Below are positions 1 through 9,008 of a stretch of 64,000 bases of DNA, one piece after another. The translations under genes were made by a program, and so were the position numbers. Under the pieces are notes generated by a model. The model made no database searches and was not told the origin of the DNA. It worked only from the letters and a program-made list of their open reading frames with translations. Each line of letters begins with the position of its first letter. The stretch's first letter is position 1. Source of the DNA: an uncultured Clostridia bacterium (GTDB lineage: Bacteria; Bacillota; Clostridia; Saccharofermentanales; Saccharofermentanaceae); contig CAMZBB010000003.1 of assembly GCA_947304405.1 (NCBI GenBank), positions 836 to 64,835 of the forward strand. Reading direction: 5' to 3'.

Positions 1-985
1 TGAACCTGCCGAGGAAGGAGTTTTCCTTCTTTTCGCCGTATTCGTCCACATATAAGCCGGTATCGAAATCGGGTATTTCTTTCCCCGAGAGTTCTTCGGC
101 AAAGGCTTTCCAGTCATCCGAGGCATCTAACTGTCTCTTTGTCAGGATGGCATTGATCCTTTCCTCATACGGCTTTATTGCTTCAAAGTCATAGGTGTCG
201 GTGTTGAAGGCATCTTCTGTGCCTCTTAAGTATTTCATAGCATGGATCATCTGGCAGAATGCCTTACGGTAGTCGGAGGGATTGTCCTTAATGCATTCGC
301 GGTAACAGTCCCATGCAGGTGTGTATCTGTAGCGCATGAAACTGTAGTCGGGGAGGTGGCCTGCGTGTCCGTGTCCCAGATTAAGGATCGAAGTCTCGCT
401 CGTATTGAAAACCGTGCTGTTGAAGATGCCTTTTTCGAGGTCGTCAGAAGCACCGGGAGCATGAATGAAGCTGATCTTTCTGGATGTTCCATCCGGCAGG
501 TATTCAATGAATTTGCTGTCCGTATTATTGATGACAAGGGTCGGCGTGCCCGCAAAACGCTGATGAGCCCAGGTGTCCGCCAAAACATGCATAGCGATCC
601 CCGCGTGCTGGATGCACTTATCCTTGGCGAGTTCCACAGTATCTTTTACAAGATTCCCGTTCGGGCCGCATATTAGTCTGTACTTATTCCTGTAGGTCTT
701 TGTCGCGCGTGGAGTCACGGCATAGAGATCCTTTGGAAGAAAATGAAAGGATGCCCAGATCCTCGTGATATCCTGAAGTCCCGTCAGATCTGTTCTCGTA
801 TCAAGGAGCTCAGCCTGAGTCTGGGTCGTGGCGGCATGGACGGTCGCGGAAATAGACTTTAGGAAGGTCCTTGTGCAGCAGTCAACGAATTGCGCACTAT
901 AGCACAGATCAAGAGACTCCTCGTGTGAGTAGCCTGCAAGATATGCTGCGCAATAAGTCGCATAGTAATGAAAATCTAACTGCAC
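1..985 (-). CDS. hypothetical protein, N-terminal part only (gene runs off the window start); His-rich motifs suggest a metal-dependent hydrolase-like protein
   Basis: Absent from the ORF track because it has no in-window stop. Hand translation of the minus strand from GTG at 985 (AAAGGAG 8 nt upstream) is open to position 1: VQLDFHYYATYCAAYLAGYSHEESL...HVLADTWAHQRFAG...LGHGHAGHLPDYSF. The listed ORFs 242-676(+) and 247-588(-) are off-frame shadows of it. Confidence 0.6.
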   Translation of the reverse strand, partial: MQLDFHYYATYCAAYLAGYSHEESLDLCYSAQFVDCCTRTFLKSISATVHAATTQTQAELLDTRTDLTGLQDITRIWASFHFLPKDLYAVTPRATKTYRNKYRLICGPNGNLVKDTVELAKDKCIQHAGIAMHVLADTWAHQRFAGTPTLVINNTDSKFIEYLPDGTSRKISFIHAPGASDDLEKGIFNSTVFNTSETSILNLGHGHAGHLPDYSFMRYRYTPAWDCYRECIKDNPSDYRKAFCQMIHAMKYLRGTEDAFNTDTYDFEAIKPYEERINAILTKRQLDASDDWKAFAEELSGKEIPDFDTGLYVDEYGEKKENSFLGRF

Positions 986-1002
986 GCTTTCTGCTCCTTT
1001 TG

Positions 1003-1521
1003 TTATTTCGCCAGGCGCTTCTTGTATCTGCGGACGTTCAAAGCCGCAATATACACTTCGACCAGTATGGCTAAGGATGTAAGCTCCATGAAGAAGGAAA
1101 CATAGACTTCAATAAAAGTATCGTCCTCTAAAGTTAAGAACTGATATATGACAGCAATTACTGAGAAAATGCAGAAAAGAATCTCCCACACTGCGAAGAC
1201 AAGATAGAATCCCGGAGCGCGCTTATCGTGATTACGACCCTCGACTACCGAGCAGATACCGATGATAAGCCTGACTATTACGTCACCGGCCAGCATCACT
1301 GCCAGTATACCCACGATAAAATCGACAGGGACCTCCTCAATATTCTTGAGATCTTCCGAAGTGAAGAGAGGAACGCCAAGGATAACGTAAGTGACAACTT
1401 TTGTGATGCTCCAGAAACCGTAAACGATAACACCCGCTCCAAGGATCTTGAGCGTGTCAGAATTGTGCCTGAACTTTATGGCTTCGGGTGAATTACGGAT
1501 ATTGTCTTCAGTCAGTTCCAC
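1003..1521 (-). CDS. small integral membrane protein, function unknown
   Basis: 172-aa ORF with about 4 hydrophobic spans. GTG start preceded by GGAG. Its stop lies 18 nt upstream of the next gene's start, so they are probably co-transcribed. Confidence 0.6.
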   Translation of the reverse strand: MELTEDNIRNSPEAIKFRHNSDTLKILGAGVIVYGFWSITKVVTYVILGVPLFTSEDLKNIEEVPVDFIVGILAVMLAGDVIVRLIIGICSVVEGRNHDKRAPGFYLVFAVWEILFCIFSVIAVIYQFLTLEDDTFIEVYVSFFMELTSLAILVEVYIAALNVRRYKKRLAK

Positions 1522-1566
1522 GAATCAGCTCCGGAAAGATTTGTCAGGAGCATTATACTGCATTTT

Positions 1567-2748
1567 TCACGTTTGTTCTTGAGGCTTTTGATCGCTCTGT
1601 CTTCTGCCTCTTCTGTCATGTATCATGTAGTATGCTTTCTTATCAGAATACATGAGCATATCGATCTGCTTGACGAGATCGCCCATATCGTCTTTATTGG
1701 ATTCAAATATCTTTCCGCCGATCGCTGCCGAGAGTTTGTAGGGTTTTCCGCTTGTCTCGTTGTATTTGTCGAGGTTATTGTGGATGCGTTCCTTGTATTC
1801 CGAAATATCATCGCTTTGGAACTTGGGTAAGATGATGATGAACTCGTCACCTGCGAATCTTACAACGATGCCTTCCGCACCTACAGTCTCGGCCAGTATG
1901 TTGGCAAATGCGACCAGTGCGTTGTCGCCTTCTTCATGTGAATAGGTATCGTTTATCGACTTGAAGTCGTTAAGATCGAGCATCATCGCGGCGGTACGCA
2001 TGTTAGAGCCGAAAAACCTTTTTTTTAGCACTTTGTCGAGTTCATAACGGTTGTACACGCCGGTAAGCTTATCAATATAGATGGATTCATTTTGAAGCGC
2101 TATTGCTATGGCTGCAAATGCCACCGTGAAACTGATCGGAAGAAGGGAGATTCCGTAAAACTGCATCTGCACGGCATTCCCGATCAGGATGGGAGTTAAG
2201 AACCCGATTACGGGGAAGTAGCGGAGCGAAGGATTGATGAACTTGTTTATGAGATAGTAGGCGTATCCGTACAAGACCAGAGCGAAACCTATTATGACGA
2301 AAAGCAGATAATAAGGACCTCTTTTGTATGAATTGTTATTGTCTATGCTGAAAACTACCGGTTTGAAGAAATTAATTATCAGGAGCGTTGCTTCTATTAT
2401 CACAAGGCTCCAGAAGAGCACCATATGCCAGCCTCTGGCCTTGTGTTCTATGTGTTTGATTATGAGATAGATGATACCGATGCCGACGATCAGATTATAG
2501 AAGTACAGGTAAGTGTTGCCGATCAACAAAATACAGTGGAAATTCCATCCCGGTATTCCGTCGCATGCGAAAACGTACAAGTCCGCAATACAATTCATGA
2601 TGGATACCAGGATAAGCCCGACAAGGATACGGCTCTCGTCTTTGCGTGCCGGCAGGTTCCAGCCTTTCGCGGCCAAAATGATCACGAGAATCGAAATGCC
2701 GACCAGATCGGTGATATATACAGACTGCAGGTTGATTGCGCCATTCAT
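1567..2748 (-). CDS. membrane-anchored GGDEF-domain protein (putative diguanylate cyclase, AGDEF variant motif)
   Basis: Multi-span N-terminus followed by LTGVYNRYELD...RFAGDEFIIIL, typical of the GGDEF domain. I prefer ATG at 2748 (AGGTGA 5 nt upstream) to the track's GTG at 2757. Confidence 0.8.
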   Translation of the reverse strand: MNGAINLQSVYITDLVGISILVIILAAKGWNLPARKDESRILVGLILVSIMNCIADLYVFACDGIPGWNFHCILLIGNTYLYFYNLIVGIGIIYLIIKHIEHKARGWHMVLFWSLVIIEATLLIINFFKPVVFSIDNNNSYKRGPYYLLFVIIGFALVLYGYAYYLINKFINPSLRYFPVIGFLTPILIGNAVQMQFYGISLLPISFTVAFAAIAIALQNESIYIDKLTGVYNRYELDKVLKKRFFGSNMRTAAMMLDLNDFKSINDTYSHEEGDNALVAFANILAETVGAEGIVVRFAGDEFIIILPKFQSDDISEYKERIHNNLDKYNETSGKPYKLSAAIGGKIFESNKDDMGDLVKQIDMLMYSDKKAYYMIHDRRGRRQSDQKPQEQT

Positions 2749-2865
2749 AACTTTCACCTGTATGATACAAGGGCCGCCGACTACTTACCCTAATTATATC
2801 GGAAAGAATATTAACGAGATTTCATTGCTGTTAAGAAACAATAAAGTAATTTGAAAATTATTGTC

Positions 2866-3942
2866 TCAAAGTTGAACGGGACGCTCAATGATCCCGCCGC
2901 CCATTACGTGACCTGATTCATCGTAGAAAACCGCAGACTGTCCGGGCGATACGCCCTTAACTGCTTCGTCCAGTCTGACACTCACAAGTCCGTCAGACAT
3001 GACTTCGATCGTTGCCGGACGCTCTGTCTGGTGATATCTGGCCTTGGCGAGACAGCGCATCTTCACACCTTCGGAGGGCGTCGGGATACTCTGGAAATTA
3101 ACGTCCCTGCATAAGAACGTGCCGCACATCAGAGAATCTTCGGTTCCAAGCACGACTGTATTGTTTATGGGGTCGATCATTGTGACAAACGCAGGGTAGC
3201 CCAAAGCAATGCCCAGACCTTTTCTCTGACCGACCGTGTACTGATGGATCCCCTTGTGCCTGCCCAAGACATTGCCTTCTTCGTCAACGAAATTACCTTC
3301 GCCGGGCAAAACCTTGTCAGTATGCTCACTAATGAAATCAGTGTATCTGCCTTCGGTTACGAAGCAGATCTCTTGAGATTCTTCTTTATGTGCGCAGGGA
3401 AGACCTGCGTCTTCAGCTATCTTGCGCACCTCATCCTTGGTGTACTGACCCAAAGGCATCAGCGTTCTCGAGAGTTGCTCCTGGGTAAGCTTATAGAGCA
3501 TGTACGTCTGGTCTTTGCTGATATGGGAAGCTTTGCGGACGGCATATCTTCCGTTTTCGAGTTTATCTATGTAAGCGTAATGGCCCGTTGCTACATAGTC
3601 AGCCCCGAAGATGTCTGCCAGCTCGATCATCTTGGCCCATTTGACATAGCGGTTGCACTCTATGCACGGGTTGGGCGTCTGCCCCTCAAGATATGCGTTA
3701 ACAAAAGGATCAACGACATTTTCTTTGAACAGGGAAGTGCAGTTATGCGGATGGTATTTGATATCCAGGAGATTACAGATGTGCCTGGCTTCATCGATCT
3801 CACAGCATCTGCTGTCTTCTTCGCCGTCAGAACCCCATACGCGGAGAGTCACGCCCATGACCTCATAGCCCTGTTTCTTCAGCAGATATGCTGCAACAGC
3901 GCTGTCGACTCCTCCGGACATACCGACGATCACTTTAGCCAC
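2866..3942 (-). CDS. mnmA: tRNA 2-thiouridine(34) synthase (tRNA-specific 2-thiouridylase)
   Basis: 358 aa with N-terminal PP-loop VGMSGGVDSAVAAYLLK, conserved Cys residues and end-to-end MnmA-like sequence. GTG start. Confidence 0.93.
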   Translation of the reverse strand: MAKVIVGMSGGVDSAVAAYLLKKQGYEVMGVTLRVWGSDGEEDSRCCEIDEARHICNLLDIKYHPHNCTSLFKENVVDPFVNAYLEGQTPNPCIECNRYVKWAKMIELADIFGADYVATGHYAYIDKLENGRYAVRKASHISKDQTYMLYKLTQEQLSRTLMPLGQYTKDEVRKIAEDAGLPCAHKEESQEICFVTEGRYTDFISEHTDKVLPGEGNFVDEEGNVLGRHKGIHQYTVGQRKGLGIALGYPAFVTMIDPINNTVVLGTEDSLMCGTFLCRDVNFQSIPTPSEGVKMRCLAKARYHQTERPATIEVMSDGLVSVRLDEAVKGVSPGQSAVFYDESGHVMGGGIIERPVQL

Positions 3943-4002
3943 GAGATTACCGCCTTACGTTTTTTCGCATGTTATTGTTTCACATTTGGCAGGAAAATTA
4001 AA

Positions 4003-4298
4003 GGTGGTGTTGCTAAAGTGACGATGCCAAGGCCAAGTTGCTCATTTGTAGGAGTGTACATACGAAAACCCGATTATTTATGCTTTCGTATGTACGTTTG
4101 GACTGTTTTTTCGTAATTCCAACAGATATGTACATACGAAAACGCATTATTCTTCAAAATCGTATGTACTCAACCGGATTTTATGATGATTTTTGACGAA
4201 AACATACATACGAAAACGGGTGTTTTTCTATTTTCGTATGTACAAGTGATAGTTTAAAGAGAATTGTCCCGCAAGTGAAAGGATTCACTGGCGGGACA
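4003..4298 (-). repeat. hairpin-array element A (terminal motif, 3 x 74-bp hairpin units, terminator hairpin); inverted copy of element B
   Basis: Terminal motif GGTGGTGTTGCTAAAGTGACGATGCC at 4003-4028. Arms GTACATACGAAAA/TTTTCGTATGTAC at 4056-4095, 4130-4169 and 4204-4243 (period 74 bp). TGTCCCGC...GCGGGACA at 4265-4298 acts as the minus-strand terminator of CDS 4321-5208. Confidence 0.9.
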
Positions 4299-4320
4299 GA
4301 TAATTTCAAACCGGTTATGC

Positions 4321-5208
4321 TTATTTCTTCATGACAGGGAGCCAGATGGCGCTGTGATAGTCCTTGTCTGTAGGCATTGCCTTGCAGTCGTACCATTCGG
4401 CGGTGGCATTGCCGGAAAGCTCATAATCGGGATTGCCGGGAAGCCACTCAGTGAAGATTTTAGTGTTTACGGCCTGGAGAGCTCCGGGGCAAGGTCCGTA
4501 GATGTCAAAGACTGCCCAGTCGCCGTCAGCGAACTCGTAGATCTCCATTCCCTCAGGGATCTCGCCGCCCATATACTTGCCGGCGATCATGTACTTGAAC
4601 TTGGTGCCGCCGATGTCATCGATGCAGATGCCGAACTCACCGATGTTGTTGTCTGCAATTGCCTTTTCAAGAACGTTAGCGGGTTCTTTGCCTGCCCAGA
4701 CATTATTGGCATACTTCTCGCTGATCTCAGTCCAGAACTTCGGGATCTCTGCATAAGAGGTTTCCGAGTCGAAGAACCTCTGAAAGCCTATTACCTTAAA
4801 GTTTTTCATTGGTGTGATCTTGTAATCCATGTTGTTTCCTCCTTGAACGGTTAAGTTGATCTTTATCGGAAGGAAAGGCTTGAACGGAGTACTGTTTCTG
4901 ACCTGTGAAGGCGTTACTCCGTGAAAACGCGAAAAGGCTTTGGTAAAACTCTCGGGTGTCTCATAGCAATAGCGGTAGGCGATGACGATCACCATATCTT
5001 CCGTGTTGACCAGATCGAGCGCCGCCTGGTACAGTCTTCTGTTGCGGATATACTCTCCGACGGTGTAACCCGTCATGAGCGAGAAGCCGCGCTGCAGAAA
5101 GATGGGAGAGATATAAACCTTGCCCGCGACATCCTGTACACTGATGTCTTCTTCAAGATTGTTCTCGATAAAGTCTATCGCTGCTCTGATTCCCGTGAGC
5201 CATTCCAT
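4321..5208 (-). CDS. AraC-family transcriptional regulator with C-terminal GyrI-like effector-binding domain
   Basis: N-terminal AraC HTH (ISVQDVAGKVYISPIFLQRGF...YIRNRRL). The C-terminal ~150 aa resemble GyrI/Rob-type small-molecule binding domains. GGAAGGAG RBS. Confidence 0.8.
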   Translation of the reverse strand: MEWLTGIRAAIDFIENNLEEDISVQDVAGKVYISPIFLQRGFSLMTGYTVGEYIRNRRLYQAALDLVNTEDMVIVIAYRYCYETPESFTKAFSRFHGVTPSQVRNSTPFKPFLPIKINLTVQGGNNMDYKITPMKNFKVIGFQRFFDSETSYAEIPKFWTEISEKYANNVWAGKEPANVLEKAIADNNIGEFGICIDDIGGTKFKYMIAGKYMGGEIPEGMEIYEFADGDWAVFDIYGPCPGALQAVNTKIFTEWLPGNPDYELSGNATAEWYDCKAMPTDKDYHSAIWLPVMKK

Positions 5209-5382
5209 CTCGTGTTCTCCTTCCTTGATGATGTCAGTATAACTTCAGGGAGAATCCCGTTCCTGTCATTTTCGAAACTGATCTGTCCATTTGTAAATCA
5301 TCTATATTCTAATGCCTGCCGCCACGTCTGTCTCGGGTAATTTGTTGTAACGGTTCAAGCGTATTTACGATAGAATATCCCT

Positions 5383-6627
5383 ATGAGTATGAGAGTAGGG
5401 ATAATCGGCGGCGGTGCAGCGGGCCTTTATGCGGCCTGCCAGTTAAAGCGCCTTAAAGAAGACAGCGATGTTGAAGTTACGCTTATCGACAGAAATCCCG
5501 TACCCGGAAAGAAACTGATACTTACCGGACACGGGCGCTGCAATATCACCAACCGCAAAGACGCTTCACAGCTTAAGAAGGGTTTTCACGAAGCAGAGAA
5601 ATTCATATATCCGGCTCTTATGGAATTCGGATCTGAAGATACCATGGCTTTTGCCGAGAACGAACTCAGAATTAAGCTCAAGGAAGAAGAAAACAACAGG
5701 ATATTTCCAAAATGTGACAGCGCGATCGTCGTCAGGGATACCTTAGTTCAGTATATTTCTGACAGTACTGAAATTTTGCGGGAGACCAAGGTCACTAAGA
5801 TCAATAAGTCAGAAGACTTTGAAGTAATAACTGATAAAGGAACATACCATTTCGATCAGATCATCCTTTCGTGCGGCGGAAGTTCATTTGCGAAAACAGG
5901 TTCCACCGGTGATTCATATAAGTTCGCAAAAAGCTTAGGCCATACGGTAAACCCGCCCAAAGCAGCGCTCGCTCCTGTGAAAGCAGATGAGTTTTTCTGC
6001 GGCATCTGCAGAAAGTTAAGCGGTGTCTCTTTGAATGCCATGGTGTCAGTTTTTATAGAAAACAAGAAGACTGCGTCTTATGAAGGCGACGTTCTTTTCG
6101 CCGACTTCGGACTTACGGGTCCTGCGGTGATGGAGATCTCCAGAGAGATACCGTTAGATGTCGTAGAAAAGAAAGCATATCTTGAATTGGATATTGTTCC
6201 ATCAATGAACGATGAAGCATTTGACCGTGAACTGCAGGAACTGATAAGCGCACATGCAGACACTAAGATAACAACGCTTCTTTCGAGGTTTGTGCCGGCA
6301 TCAGTTGCAGCGGAAATAGCAGGGCAGGCCGGCACTGCCGATATGTATGCGCAGGGTTTTGCAAAGGAAAAGCGTAAGACCATATGCCGGCTGATGAAGC
6401 ATCTGCATATCGGTCTTTATAATGCTCCTGAGATCGATAAAGCATACGTCACAAGAGGCGGCGTCGTATTAAGCGAAGTAGACCGCAAGACTATGCAGTC
6501 CAAGATAGTTCCGGGTCTTTATATCCTCGGCGAAGCATTGGACATCGACGGCATAAGCGGAGGCTATAACCTTCAGGCATGCATGAGCGAAGCTTATCTT
6601 GCAGCCAAGGATATCCTTAAGAAGTAG
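5383..6627 (+). CDS. NAD(P)/FAD-dependent oxidoreductase, HI0933/BaiN-like flavoprotein family
   Basis: N-terminal Rossmann motif IIGGGAAGLYAA and GKKLILTGHGRCNITN, characteristic of the HI0933-like family. 414 aa. Confidence 0.8.
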   Translation: MSMRVGIIGGGAAGLYAACQLKRLKEDSDVEVTLIDRNPVPGKKLILTGHGRCNITNRKDASQLKKGFHEAEKFIYPALMEFGSEDTMAFAENELRIKLKEEENNRIFPKCDSAIVVRDTLVQYISDSTEILRETKVTKINKSEDFEVITDKGTYHFDQIILSCGGSSFAKTGSTGDSYKFAKSLGHTVNPPKAALAPVKADEFFCGICRKLSGVSLNAMVSVFIENKKTASYEGDVLFADFGLTGPAVMEISREIPLDVVEKKAYLELDIVPSMNDEAFDRELQELISAHADTKITTLLSRFVPASVAAEIAGQAGTADMYAQGFAKEKRKTICRLMKHLHIGLYNAPEIDKAYVTRGGVVLSEVDRKTMQSKIVPGLYILGEALDIDGISGGYNLQACMSEAYLAAKDILKK

Positions 6628-8109
6628 TCAGATAATCTCGATCTTAAAGCACAAAGGCTTATCAGTTTTGGGGACGCTATCTGTAACTATATTGAGGCCG
6701 CTGCCGTCACGTTCACTTGTTACGACATTAATATCACCGAGAGCTTCAACCTTGCCTGTTACAAGATCGAATTCGCCTTTGATCTTTAACGAACTGATGC
6801 GGAATTCATTTGAATCGGGATGCATACAGAATGCGTAAAGATATCCGTTCTTGTATGTGAATCGGTAGTCCTTCGAAGTGAACTCTTTTTCATCATTATC
6901 TTTGAAAGAACCTTCAACGTTGTTGGTATCACCCTCGCCGAATACTTTCCACGGAGTAGTGCCGTAAATGGCTTCTCCGTTATCCTTCATCCAACCGCCG
7001 ATCTCTTCTAATACAGATGTCTCTTCATCAGTGATGGTACCGTCAGGCTTGGGGCCGACATTGAGCAGGAGCATTCCGTTCTTGCTGACGATATCTACGA
7101 GGTCGCAGATTATCTGTCTTGCGGGTTTGAACTCATTGTCCTTGGTATATCCCCAGGACTTCTTCCCGATAGCGGTGTCGGTCTGCCAGGGAAGAGGATT
7201 GATGCCGGTAAGAGCTCCGCGCTCGACATCGTAAGTTGCGACTGTCGGAGGAAAGGCATTGTGCTTGAAATTTATGGTAACTTCCTTGCCCCATTCTTCA
7301 GCGCGGTTGTAGTAATAAGCGCAGACTTTCTTAAGGTAAGGCTTGAAAGCAGCATTATGTATCCATGAATCGAAATAGAGGACAGATGGCTTAAGCCTGT
7401 CAATGAGTTCGCATGTGCGTACCAGCCAGTCAGTGAGAAATTCTTCATCAGGCTGGGCAGCAAATATGTCGTTTATGGTCGCGAAAACTGCAACGTCTGA
7501 AAGCTCCGGCGACAGATGGGCAGGACCGTAGAAATCACTGTATTCTTCATCGTTGACGTCACTGTCTATGGAACGTCCCATGTTCATGAAGAAATAGTGT
7601 TCGGCCCTGTGTGAAGACGCGCAGAAGGCAAGACCTTTGTCTTCGCATGCACGCTTGATCTCCAGACAGATGTCTTTGCAGGGTCCCATCTTCGCTGCAT
7701 TCCAGCGGTTTAATTCCGTATCGTACATCGCAAATCCGTCGTGGTGTTCCGCTACGGGCATTATGTATTTTGCGCCTGCTCTCTTGAAAAGATCTACCCA
7801 CTGATCAGCATCGAAATTATCACCCTTGAACATGGGGATGAAATCTTTGTATCCGAATGTTTTGGGATCACCGAAATTCTTCTTGTGGAATTCGTATTCG
7901 TGTGATGCTCTGTTATACATCCATCTCGGATACCATTCGCAGGCATATGCAGGAACACTGTAGATGCCCCAGTGAATGAATATTCCGAACTTTGCCTGAT
8001 AGTACCAGTCCGGTATCTTGTGTCCGGACAGGGAAGACCAGTCGGCTTTATATTTACCGCCGTCTATAGTTTTATCTATCAGCTTTAAGTATTCGGATAC
8101 AGTCATCAT
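6628..8109 (-). CDS. alpha-L-fucosidase (GH29)
   Basis: PDWYYQAKFGIFIHWGIYSVPAY...EWYPRWMY and HHDGFAMYDT motifs typical of GH29, plus a C-terminal beta-sandwich-like tail. The start overlaps the upstream GNAT stop (ATGATGA). Confidence 0.88.
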   Translation of the reverse strand: MMTVSEYLKLIDKTIDGGKYKADWSSLSGHKIPDWYYQAKFGIFIHWGIYSVPAYACEWYPRWMYNRASHEYEFHKKNFGDPKTFGYKDFIPMFKGDNFDADQWVDLFKRAGAKYIMPVAEHHDGFAMYDTELNRWNAAKMGPCKDICLEIKRACEDKGLAFCASSHRAEHYFFMNMGRSIDSDVNDEEYSDFYGPAHLSPELSDVAVFATINDIFAAQPDEEFLTDWLVRTCELIDRLKPSVLYFDSWIHNAAFKPYLKKVCAYYYNRAEEWGKEVTINFKHNAFPPTVATYDVERGALTGINPLPWQTDTAIGKKSWGYTKDNEFKPARQIICDLVDIVSKNGMLLLNVGPKPDGTITDEETSVLEEIGGWMKDNGEAIYGTTPWKVFGEGDTNNVEGSFKDNDEKEFTSKDYRFTYKNGYLYAFCMHPDSNEFRISSLKIKGEFDLVTGKVEALGDINVVTSERDGSGLNIVTDSVPKTDKPLCFKIEII

Positions 8110-8519
8110 AAGATTACCTTTTTAAAGAAGTATTTTGAAAGCCTGGGGTCGTTGTCCTCACGTACAAACTCAAGTTCATATCCTTGTTTCTTATAGAACC
8201 CCGGAGCCTGGAAACCGTACGTGGTGAGAGTTATCTTGGCATAACCGCAGCCTTTGTATGCATCTTCAACGGCAGCAACAAGTTTGCTTCCGATACCGCT
8301 CTTTCTGCATTCATGATTAACGATAAGATCGACTATGTGAACTTCGTTATAAAGTGCGCGTCCTTTTATCACACCGAGGATCTTCCCGTCTTCTTCGGCG
8401 ATAAAACAAAACTCGTCGTAGTTAAGCGTTACTTCTTTTTCAATGGCATAAGAAGAGAATTCTTTGTTGATGAATTCTCCGAGCGAATCGCTTATTTCTT
8501 CTATACGTTTGATATCCAT
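8106..8519 (-). CDS. GNAT-family N-acetyltransferase
   Basis: Acetyl-CoA binding core HECRKSGIGSKLV. ATG at 8519 is preceded by GAGGA (the track start at 8531 is a GTG inside the upstream stop region). Confidence 0.8.
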   Translation of the reverse strand: MDIKRIEEISDSLGEFINKEFSSYAIEKEVTLNYDEFCFIAEEDGKILGVIKGRALYNEVHIVDLIVNHECRKSGIGSKLVAAVEDAYKGCGYAKITLTTYGFQAPGFYKKQGYELEFVREDNDPRLSKYFFKKVIL

Positions 8520-8527
8520 CTTGATCC

Positions 8528-8980
8528 TCACAATTTGTACTGCATGAAGTTTCCGTTATGAACAAAACCATACGAAGTATAGAGTTTTACGCCCATGTCT
8601 GATGCGGTGATCTGAACTGCTCCGCATCCGTATTCTCTTGCTTCGCTTACAACACGGTTTAAGAGCTCTTTGGCAATGCCCATGCGCCTGTAACCGGGAT
8701 CTGTATACATGCTCGAAAGGAGACCGATCCTGCCTGTGGGACAGCTGAAATACGGGGGCTTTTCAACAAAAGACATACCGCTGGTTCCGATTATCTTTTT
8801 GCCGTCCAAAGCAAGCCATGAGACAAATGTTCCGTCGGCCAGATGGCGGTTATAGAAATCCTTCAGTGCCGGTACGAGATCTATGTCCTCTGTTGCGCCT
8901 TCTTCTCTCAATTGAGTGATGCGCATGCTGATGAATGTATCAAGATCAGATGTTGTAAGTTTTCTGTATGTGATTACCAT
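8528..8980 (-). CDS. GNAT-family N-acetyltransferase
   Basis: YRRMGIAKELL acetyl-CoA motif. The start is uncertain (8980 preferred from typical GNAT length; the track gives 9037, which would overlap the antiporter stop). Confidence 0.7.
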   Translation of the reverse strand: MVITYRKLTTSDLDTFISMRITQLREEGATEDIDLVPALKDFYNRHLADGTFVSWLALDGKKIIGTSGMSFVEKPPYFSCPTGRIGLLSSMYTDPGYRRMGIAKELLNRVVSEAREYGCGAVQITASDMGVKLYTSYGFVHNGNFMQYKL

Positions 8981-9008
8981 GCTTTTGATCCATCTCTCCA
9001 TTGTGAAT

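Noticed and set aside
242-676. ORFs 242-676(+) and 247-588(-) from the track
   Set aside because: Both lie inside a longer uninterrupted minus-strand frame (1-985) that has an RBS and a plausible protein sequence. They are off-frame or antisense shadows.
3244-4116. 290-aa plus-strand ORF
   Set aside because: It is antisense to the well-supported mnmA gene and runs into repeat element A. It has no RBS and no recognisable protein features.
4056-4243. Hairpin arrays considered as mini-CRISPR arrays
   Set aside because: The repeated 13-mers alternate in orientation as inverted pairs forming hairpins. There are only three units, the spacers are of two alternating lengths, and there is no leader or cas gene nearby.
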